In this document: positions 8,716-15,738 of the stretch, piece after piece | Layout of the letters: each line of letters starts with the position of its first letter | Numbering within the stretch: position 1 is the stretch's first letter | Source: a virus | Taxonomy: Duplodnaviria; Caudoviricetes | IMG/VR virus record: IMGVR_UViG_3300037608_000054 | Coordinates: 1 to 43,715 of that record | DNA length: 43,715 nucleotides | Strand: one strand, 5' to 3' | Made by a program: the position numbers and the translations under genes | Notes under the pieces: generated by a model | Told to the model about the DNA's origin: nothing | The model's database searches: none | What the model saw: only the letters and a program-made list of their open reading frames with translations

Positions 8716-10779
8716 ATGGGACTTCTCATCGACGGCGTGAACAACCAGAACTATGTCTCCGACAGGATTCCCCTGCCGGTGGATGTGGTGTCGGATACCG
8801 CATACGTCAACTCCATCACGGGGGAGACGGTGCAGCTCTATTATTTTGCCAACGCCTACCTGACCACGGGGACGGCGGGTACGACCAACGCCGCCACCTG
8901 GGCGGCCCTTACGGATACTTCCAAGTTCGAGATTGACATCAGGGGCAAGACCTATGTCATCAACCCTGATTTCACGGGAGACAGCGACATGGACGCCGTA
9001 GCGGCTTCCATCCAGGCGGCCATCCGCGCGGCCACGGGGACTCTGGAGACCTGCACGCAGAGCACCAATGTCTTCACCATCACCTGCATCAAGGACGAGA
9101 CAGGCACGATGGATGGCGAATACGGCAATTCAATCTCGGTCCTCCGCAATACCGCCACGAACACCGGAGTCAACCTCGCCGGTGCCACATGGATGAACGG
9201 CCTGTACGGCACAGGGGTGGTCACACCGGCTACGCTCACTTCGGATTCGGGGCAGGCGGCAGGGACGATAGTCATGGCCAAGCTGGCCTTCACCGGAATC
9301 CTGGATAAATTGGGCGGCATGATAGGGAACGCGGCTGACTCATCCCTCACATGGACGACCAACACGGTGCTCCCAAAGAAATACATGAAGGAGTGCCTCA
9401 AGTCACCGATTGAGGACCCCTCGAACAAGGAACTCTGCGAAATCGCATACGAAATATGTTCCCGCTTCACGACCAACGGGGAGTGGTGCCTCGACCACAG
9501 GACCGGCCTGATTTTCGGCAAGAAAGCCACTACTGGGACAAGCGATACCGCAGCCTATAAGGTGCAGACCCAGACTACGGGCGGCGGCACGGTAATCACC
9601 GATTCAATCAACATCGCCAAAGTCGCCGGGGCGACGGTCGGGCTAGACGACGCGGCTTATGGCGTAGGGACAGCCGGTGTCCTGCCTTCCGGCTTCCTGG
9701 CTGACGAGGCTTCGACCGACAGCGTGGATGAGGGGGATTTAGGGGCGGCCAGGATGACATTGAACAGACGGCAAATAATGGCAGGGCAGACCCTCGATGA
9801 CGCGGCTTTCGGGATAGGGACTGAATACGCCAATGCCACAGGTTTCTTGGCGGATGAAACGGCCACTGATTCGGTGGATGAAGGGGATATCGGAATCGCC
9901 AGGATGACCCTTACGCGCAAACAGATAACCGCCTCCGAGTTCGTGGAGGATACTGCGCATACGACGGCTGATTACGGTTCGCAAGTCCTTGCGGTCAGGA
10001 ATGATGCGCATACGGCTCTTGCGGGGACGACAGGCGACTATATCCCGTTGACTACCAACGCCACAGGGGATGTCTATGTCGATACCGAACTCCCCGCCGC
10101 GGCCGCGCTCGCTGACGCGACAGCCAATCCAACCGTCCCGACCGTGGGTTCAGGCAACCTCACCTTCAACGGCACGACCTGGGACAGGGCGCGTTCCGGC
10201 GTGACTTCCCCGACGGCTACCTTGACGGGCATGCAGAATATCCTGCCGATGGGCGAGTACCTGTCCACGGAACCGACCCTGACCACGGGGCAGGTGGATG
10301 TCCTGCAACTGAACACGAAAGGCCACCTGAAGAACGCCGAGCAATGGGCTCCTACGGCAGAGGACAACACCTCGTACACCTACTACACGACGCTCCGCCC
10401 CATCGCGACCGCCGCCGACCCGAACAGCCACGCGAACATAATGACGCTCGTGAACTCGGCCGCCTTGGAGACCTCGCACATCCTGAAAGCCGCCCCTGGG
10501 AGGCTCTATAAGGCGAGGGTCGAACTCGACTCGACCGCCACTTCCGGCGTCTACTACATCCAAGCCCTGAACAGCGCGACGCTCCCGGCTGACGGGGCGG
10601 TCACGCACCTCGTGGCCCCGATGAAAGTCCACCACACCTACGGGATGACGGATGTCATCGACATGGACTTCCCTTATGGGGTCTACGCCTCCGCAGGCAT
10701 AGTCGTCGTGCTTTCGAGCACGCAGTACACGAAGACCATCGGCGGGGCGTTCCTGAACATCGAAGGCCATGTCTGCTAA
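8716..10779 (+). CDS. Large virion fibre/decoration protein with 50-aa internal repeats
   Basis: 687 aa from aaaaatATG at 8716; T/A/G-rich; repeats start at 9643, 9793 and (degenerate) 9943. Confidence 0.7.
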   Translation: MGLLIDGVNNQNYVSDRIPLPVDVVSDTAYVNSITGETVQLYYFANAYLTTGTAGTTNAATWAALTDTSKFEIDIRGKTYVINPDFTGDSDMDAVAASIQAAIRAATGTLETCTQSTNVFTITCIKDETGTMDGEYGNSISVLRNTATNTGVNLAGATWMNGLYGTGVVTPATLTSDSGQAAGTIVMAKLAFTGILDKLGGMIGNAADSSLTWTTNTVLPKKYMKECLKSPIEDPSNKELCEIAYEICSRFTTNGEWCLDHRTGLIFGKKATTGTSDTAAYKVQTQTTGGGTVITDSINIAKVAGATVGLDDAAYGVGTAGVLPSGFLADEASTDSVDEGDLGAARMTLNRRQIMAGQTLDDAAFGIGTEYANATGFLADETATDSVDEGDIGIARMTLTRKQITASEFVEDTAHTTADYGSQVLAVRNDAHTALAGTTGDYIPLTTNATGDVYVDTELPAAAALADATANPTVPTVGSGNLTFNGTTWDRARSGVTSPTATLTGMQNILPMGEYLSTEPTLTTGQVDVLQLNTKGHLKNAEQWAPTAEDNTSYTYYTTLRPIATAADPNSHANIMTLVNSAALETSHILKAAPGRLYKARVELDSTATSGVYYIQALNSATLPADGAVTHLVAPMKVHHTYGMTDVIDMDFPYGVYASAGIVVVLSSTQYTKTIGGAFLNIEGHVC

Positions 10780-10800
10780 CCGAACCTGATAACCAAAAAT

Positions 10801-11145
10801 ATGCCAACGACAATCACGCAAACTAACCCGGTGATTTCCAACGCCAACACCACGGCCTATGCCGCCTCGTTGGTCGTCAAGAACGCCCCTGGAATCTGCT
10901 GGGAAGTCAGGGGCTACAACAGCGGCGCGTCAGCCCAATGGATACAGTTGCATGACGCTTCCTCCCTGCCTGCCGATACCGCCGCGCCGGAGGACATAAT
11001 CTATGTCGCCGCCGCATCTAATTTCTCCGTCACTTACCCGAAGGGCAAGGTGTTCGCCACGGGCATAACGGTCTGCAATTCCTCGACCGGGCCGACCAAG
11101 ACCATAGGCTCGGCGGATTGCTGGATAAGCGCGGAATACTCCTAA
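10801..11145 (+). CDS. Small virion protein, paralogue of the C-terminal domain of 8716-10779
   Basis: KNAPGICW/KAAPGRLY, WIQLHDASSLPAD/YIQALNSATLPAD, TKTIG in both. Confidence 0.7.
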   Translation: MPTTITQTNPVISNANTTAYAASLVVKNAPGICWEVRGYNSGASAQWIQLHDASSLPADTAAPEDIIYVAAASNFSVTYPKGKVFATGITVCNSSTGPTKTIGSADCWISAEYS

Positions 11146-11149
11146 AGAT

Positions 11150-11926
11150 ATGCCTGTATTCTCACAACCCCTGAACAGCCCTAAAATCGACGACGTAGCC
11201 GTGTCCGGCCTGTCGGGGACTTCCAACTCCCTGGCCTACAAAGTCCACGAGATAGAAAAGCACCTGCACAACAGCGAGCAGATATTCGGCAACGCCTCGA
11301 ACACGATGACGGCGGATACGCCTGCCGTGTTCACGGTCACGGGCGGAAATAATGCCTACGGGACTGAGCTCTTGCTCACGGACGGGACGGTCATCGAGAG
11401 CGGGAGCGCGACCAAGAAAATGGACATCAACACCATGTACATCACGGCGGTCACAGCGGCGAACAAAATCTCCATCCTTGAGTTCCTGTCGGCGACCTTG
11501 GCCACAGCCGTCGAATCCGTCACTTTGACCGACCTTACTGATTTGTTCACGAAGGAAGGGCATGGCCTCATTGACGGCGACAAGATAGTGCTCTCCTCCA
11601 TCGTCACGACCACGGGTATCAACGCCTACACGGTGTATTACGTCATCGGCGTCTCGGGCAACGACTTCCAAGTGTCCCTTACTTCCGGGGGTGCGGCGGT
11701 CACTTTGGGCGACGGCGACGGCACCTGCTCCTTCCGCAAGCTGACCCAGACGAGCATGACCAAGACCTTCGTTAGCATGGCCGCCACGACCGACGACTCG
11801 TTCCCGTTCATGATTATGGCTCCCCGCGTCACCTGCAACAGCGCCATCTCAATCCGCGCCAAGAGCGAGACGGGTTCGACCATCGGTATCAGTTTCGCTT
11901 TAGGCTTGCATACATACGTGAGCTGA
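11150..11926 (+). CDS. Virion structural protein (fibre-like)
   Basis: T/S/G-rich; HGLIDGDKI...YYV...FQVSLT pattern common in phage structural proteins. Confidence 0.6.
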   Translation: MPVFSQPLNSPKIDDVAVSGLSGTSNSLAYKVHEIEKHLHNSEQIFGNASNTMTADTPAVFTVTGGNNAYGTELLLTDGTVIESGSATKKMDINTMYITAVTAANKISILEFLSATLATAVESVTLTDLTDLFTKEGHGLIDGDKIVLSSIVTTTGINAYTVYYVIGVSGNDFQVSLTSGGAAVTLGDGDGTCSFRKLTQTSMTKTFVSMAATTDDSFPFMIMAPRVTCNSAISIRAKSETGSTIGISFALGLHTYVS

Positions 11927-11927
11927 T

Positions 11928-12251
11928 ATGGACATAATGAACTCCCCTGAAGGCTTCATCCTCCGCTTCCTCAAGAAGAAGCGTGACGGCATGTTCGATA
12001 GGCTGGATAAGGCCAAAGATAGCGTGACCGTCGCTAGGTATGTGGACGCTGACGGCAAGGCGAAACTCAAGAAACTGAAAGTCGTCCTCATCGAACGCGG
12101 GACGCTATCGGAGGGGCAGTTCGACTCGGCCTTGGCTTCCTTGGAGAATGACGGATATGTGGACAAGGAAGAACTGACCGAGGAAGGTCTTGCCCTCCAT
12201 GAATCGGAGACGGCTATTCCAGCCGCTAAACCTTTGGTTTACCCCAACTGA
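11928..12251 (+). CDS. Hypothetical protein (possible winged-helix)
   Basis: 107-aa coupled ORF; ALASLENDGYV...LTEEG resembles a wHTH wing. Confidence 0.5.
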   Translation: MDIMNSPEGFILRFLKKKRDGMFDRLDKAKDSVTVARYVDADGKAKLKKLKVVLIERGTLSEGQFDSALASLENDGYVDKEELTEEGLALHESETAIPAAKPLVYPN

Positions 12252-12252
12252 T

Positions 12253-12963
12253 ATGGCATGGACATACGAACAGAAGTTCAACGCGCTGACGACCGGGGAC
12301 CTGAACGGGCAGGACTCTTGGACTGCCGACGTTTCGTGGGACGTGAGCACGACTTCCCCATACGAAGGCGCGAATTGCATACAGAGGCAATGCGAGGGCG
12401 ACGCTCCTTCTGGAATCGACAACTACAAACCCGCCTATCGGACGATAACCGCCGTGACGGACGGTTCGATGTATTTCGCCTTCAAGTACGACTCGTCCTC
12501 TGCGGCAGTCAGAGCCGCCCTGACGTTGGAGGAAGGCACGACGTCTAAATGCTATTTGCTTGTAGTATCTTCTTTCTCGAAGCTGATGCTGTTCTCCGGC
12601 GGGTCATTCTACGACATCGCCACAGGCCTGTCTTCGGGGACATGGTATCCGGTGAACATGGAGTTCGACTGCGGGACTGACCAGTACCGCGCCCGTGTCT
12701 ATTCCTCCGGCGCATGGGGGTCGTTCTCGACATGGTACGCAATGCCTTCGACGGCGACACAGATAAACAACCTCAACTTCGGTTCGGACAAAGGTGCGGC
12801 TGGTACTGGTGGGATGATTTATCTCGATACGTTCACCCCGACCGACCCCACCGCCCCCGCCGCCTCCTCTGGTCGCGTCGCTAACTCCAACCGTGTGACG
12901 GCGGCTAACAGGGTATCCAAGACCGGGACTGTCTCCGCTACCGGCAGGGTAGCGGCCTTCTGA
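12253..12963 (+). CDS. Putative lectin/ConA-like beta-sandwich virion protein
   Basis: GDLNGQDSW, GTWYPVNMEFD, IYLD; aromatic-rich; ATG at 12253 just after the previous stop. Confidence 0.5.
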   Translation: MAWTYEQKFNALTTGDLNGQDSWTADVSWDVSTTSPYEGANCIQRQCEGDAPSGIDNYKPAYRTITAVTDGSMYFAFKYDSSSAAVRAALTLEEGTTSKCYLLVVSSFSKLMLFSGGSFYDIATGLSSGTWYPVNMEFDCGTDQYRARVYSSGAWGSFSTWYAMPSTATQINNLNFGSDKGAAGTGGMIYLDTFTPTDPTAPAASSGRVANSNRVTAANRVSKTGTVSATGRVAAF

Positions 12964-12966
12964 AAT

Positions 12967-13104
12967 ATGTGGTTCTTCCTGGGGCTAATCATCGGGACTG
13001 TCATCGAGAACCTCTATTCACGTTCCGTGGACGCCGCGAAATGGGAAGCCATGCAGAAGGAACTTAACGAACTCCGCCATGGAAAAACTACTCCTCGATT
13101 CTAA
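12967..13104 (+). CDS. Small membrane protein, 45 aa
   Basis: MWFFLGLIIGTVIENL...; TATG start; overlaps the next gene. Confidence 0.5.
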   Translation: MWFFLGLIIGTVIENLYSRSVDAAKWEAMQKELNELRHGKTTPRF

Positions 13105-13348
13105 GCACATCTTCATCCCCGTGGCGGCGGTACTCGCGGCCTGTGGGCTTGTCTTCTGGGCAGGCTACAACATGGCCTCCATCTCCAAGACCCAGGAATA
13201 CACCCTGAGCCGCGTGACTTCCGTGGAAGAGAAAGTCCAGGCCGTATCGGAGCAGATTACGTCCTTCCGCAAGGAACTGCTCGTCATCGCCAACGACCAT
13301 GAGAAAAGATTGACCACGCTGGAGAACACCTGCGTGAAGAAGAAATAA
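13079..13348 (+). CDS. Single-TM coiled-coil protein, lysis block
   Basis: Hydrophobic IFIPVAAVLAACGLVFWAG followed by a coiled coil ending HEKRLTTLE. Confidence 0.55.
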   Translation: MEKLLLDSKHIFIPVAAVLAACGLVFWAGYNMASISKTQEYTLSRVTSVEEKVQAVSEQITSFRKELLVIANDHEKRLTTLENTCVKKK

Positions 13349-13357
13349 TTCCTTAAT

Positions 13358-13585
13358 ATGATGGATATGTCCCAAATAGCCTTTTCGTTCGATAAGGTGT
13401 CTATCCAAAAGATAGCCAAAGGAGCCTTGATTGCTTTGTTAGGTACGTTCGTCACTTATCTGGCGGCTAACGTAGATGCCATCCAAACCGCCTTTTCCCA
13501 GAACCCTGTCTTGGCGGCGCTAATCGGAGCGGTCATCTCCATCTTGGCTAATGCCGTCAACCAATTCATCAAGGGCCAGAAGTGA
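13358..13585 (+). CDS. Putative holin
   Basis: 75 aa with two hydrophobic helices and a basic C-terminus, upstream of the endolysin. Confidence 0.6.
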   Translation: MMDMSQIAFSFDKVSIQKIAKGALIALLGTFVTYLAANVDAIQTAFSQNPVLAALIGAVISILANAVNQFIKGQK

Positions 13586-13588
13586 GTT

Positions 13589-13714
13589 ATGGAAGAGCTT
13601 TTCAAGGCGATTAGGGGATTGGCCTTGGATTGTCTCTTCATGTCAATCGGTTGTGTCGTTTTCGGGGCTTTGGTCTGGGCAGCGTTCGTGGTCTTTTCGC
13701 AAGGAACGCATTAG
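13589..13714 (+). CDS. Small membrane protein, 41 aa
   Basis: MEELFKAIRGLALDCLFMSIGCVVFGALVWAAFVVFSQGTH; TATG start. Confidence 0.5.
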   Translation: MEELFKAIRGLALDCLFMSIGCVVFGALVWAAFVVFSQGTH

Positions 13715-13790
13715 ACCTCCATGAGCGGGTAAAACATATCGGATGGCTTTCCTCCTCCACCCGATATGTCCCGCTCATGGAGGTCTAATG
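13709..13790. repeat. Long inverted repeat (21-bp perfect arm plus 9-bp inner arm)
   Basis: cattagacctccatgagcggg (13709-13729) / cccgctcatggaggtctaatg (13770-13790); acatatcgg (13734-13742) / ccgatatgt (13761-13769). Confidence 0.9.
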
Positions 13791-13946
13791 AAGGCATACC
13801 TGCAAGACAAACGCATGGTGAAACTGAAGCATTTCCGAGAAAATCAACGGGCTTCCGCCCCTTGGCTCTACCAAGGATATCTCGCAAGGATATCCCAAGG
13901 GTAAAACCTTGGGGCGGGGGTTAACCCGGTTCAATCCTTGCGAAAT

Positions 13947-14405
13947 ATGAAGAAATGTCCTTTTACCAAATTATTGCTTCCTGCCCCTCAAGGCAAAGAA
14001 TGTGTTTGTTTAGTGGACAACGCTGATTTATCGGTTATCAGCGGTCTTCATTGGATTGTCGGGAATCAAGGCTATGCCGTTGCGACAAAAGACGGAAAGG
14101 TTTGTCTAATGCACCGGTTGATTCTTGGCTTCCCGTCTCTGCCGAGAGTGACAGACCATATAAACAGAAACAAATTAGACAATCGAAGATGTAATCTTCG
14201 GGTCGTCTCGGTGTCTGATAACAACGCTAATTGTATTGCCAGGAAACATAGCAAGACCGGAATAAAGGGCGTCCGTAAAACCAAAACTGGTCGTTTCGTG
14301 GCATGTCTAACCAAAGATTACAAGCAACATTTCATTGGCACATTCGATACACTCGAACAGGCGGAATATGCTTACCAACAGTTTCGCCGACAGATTCGGG
14401 TTTAA
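13947..14405 (+). CDS. HNH endonuclease with C-terminal AP2-like domain (free-standing homing endonuclease type)
   Basis: MHRLI...DHINRNKLDNRRCNLR, SKTGIKGV, IGTFDTLEQAEYAY; AT-richer than neighbouring genes. Confidence 0.9.
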   Translation: MKKCPFTKLLLPAPQGKECVCLVDNADLSVISGLHWIVGNQGYAVATKDGKVCLMHRLILGFPSLPRVTDHINRNKLDNRRCNLRVVSVSDNNANCIARKHSKTGIKGVRKTKTGRFVACLTKDYKQHFIGTFDTLEQAEYAYQQFRRQIRV

Positions 14406-14622
14406 GACTTCCGGACAGGGTTCCAAGTACGTCCTCATGCGACAGCCCCCCCACGCAAGAGGCCGTTCCCCTGTCCGGCCTTCTCCCCTCACCGCAAGGT
14501 GGGACATATCGCTTTGCTCCCTGACTTCGCGTCGGGGGGAGAGGGAACCGGCGGGTTGGACGGAAGGTGCGTGCCATCTGGCCTTCCCGCCCCTCTAAGA
14601 TAATTCATCTAACCAAAAACCT

Positions 14623-14742
14623 ATGTACGAGCCAGAGAACGTGCCTGTCGAGAGCCCCGTCGAGGAGGCTCCCGTGGTCGAAGTGACCACCGAACCCGTC
14701 CAAGAAGGAAAACCAAGCGACGACCAATCCGCTGCCGCCTAG
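14623..14742 (+). CDS. Small acidic peptide, 39 aa
   Basis: MYEPENVPVESPVEEAPVVEVTTEPVQEGKPSDDQSAAA; aaaaacctATG start. Confidence 0.5.
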   Translation: MYEPENVPVESPVEEAPVVEVTTEPVQEGKPSDDQSAAA

Positions 14743-14854
14743 TCTGGGTTAAAATGCCCGGCTTCATCTGGGACAAGATAAGGCTGGTCCCTAAAGACCG
14801 GATATAGCGTCCTGTTTCCCCCGACCTGACAAGGCCGAGGGGAGCGGAAACACT

Positions 14855-15556
14855 ATGAGATTAAAATACGCACCCCTCAAAAACCTGCGCCTCACGCAGC
14901 CTTTCGGGGTCAATTATGTGTACCCCGGGTTCTATTCCAAGGTCGGTCTGCCCAAGGACAAGCACAACGGCCTGGACTACTCCTCGAACGGCGAGGAAAT
15001 CTACGCCGTGGACGACGGCAGGGCCGTGTCCGAAGGCTCGTACAATTCAGGCTATGGCCTCCATCTTCGCCTTTGGGTCCCTGTGGACAAGGAGACGAAA
15101 CTTGAGGTCGTCTATGGGCATCTGAAAAGCGTCTCCAAGACAGGGGACGTGAAGGCTGGGGACATCCTGGGGATAACCGATAATTCGGGCTATTCCACAG
15201 GGCCGCATCTCCATTTCGCCGTCCGCAGGATGCACAACGGCGTCTATCCCGATTATGACAACGGGTACTTGGGCTATATCGACCCCGCCCCTCTTTTGCC
15301 TGGACAGGTGGACGAGCTTCCCGTGGACAGGCGCTATGGGCAATCCGAGACCTTGGCCGGGCGCGTCGCCTTCGCCCCGTCGTTCCTCTGGTTCATCCGC
15401 ACGTTCAGGCGAGCCCCATCCACCCGCGAATATAACGCATTGCGCTTCGGTTTCTACCCGGTACGCACCGTCCTCGACCCTGGGATGTTCCCGGTCTGGT
15501 CGGAGATGACGTTCCCCGAGGCCATAAAGAGGGGAATCCTCAACAAACCCACCTGA
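14855..15556 (+). CDS. M23-family metallopeptidase endolysin
   Basis: HNGLD (HxxxD), YGHL and STGPHLHF (HxH) zinc motifs. Confidence 0.9.
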   Translation: MRLKYAPLKNLRLTQPFGVNYVYPGFYSKVGLPKDKHNGLDYSSNGEEIYAVDDGRAVSEGSYNSGYGLHLRLWVPVDKETKLEVVYGHLKSVSKTGDVKAGDILGITDNSGYSTGPHLHFAVRRMHNGVYPDYDNGYLGYIDPAPLLPGQVDELPVDRRYGQSETLAGRVAFAPSFLWFIRTFRRAPSTREYNALRFGFYPVRTVLDPGMFPVWSEMTFPEAIKRGILNKPT

Positions 15557-15561
15557 CCCAT

Positions 15562-15715
15562 ATGCCATTAAGGAAAGGCATGAGCAAGAATATATTGTCC
15601 AGCAACATCCGTGATGATGGTCCGAGCTGGCCATCCGGCCAAGCAATCCGTGGCGGCTGCGTTCTCCATGCGCCGCAAGACGCGGAAAACGAGCGACAAG
15701 GCCAAGCGTAAATGA
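15562..15715 (+). pseudogene. Small basic MPLxKG-type phage peptide split by a +1 frameshift
   Basis: MPLRKGMSKNILSSNIR in frame 0 continues as MMVRAGHPAKQSVAAAFSMRRKTRK... in the +1 frame after base 15613. Confidence 0.55.
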
Positions 15716-15738
15716 TAAAATATAGCCGATGACCACTT

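Noticed and set aside
13920-13940. tRNA T-arm-like GGTTCAATCC
   Set aside because: No acceptor, D or anticodon arms at tRNA spacing.
14623-14742. tmRNA, because the peptide ends ...DDQSAAA-stop like an ssrA tag
   Set aside because: No tRNA-like 5' end, T-arm or CCA nearby; the ORF has its own ATG.
13709-14850. Canonical group I intron carrying the HNH gene
   Set aside because: No recognisable P7 core (R/S elements) and no split host gene; kept only as an unexplained structured locus.
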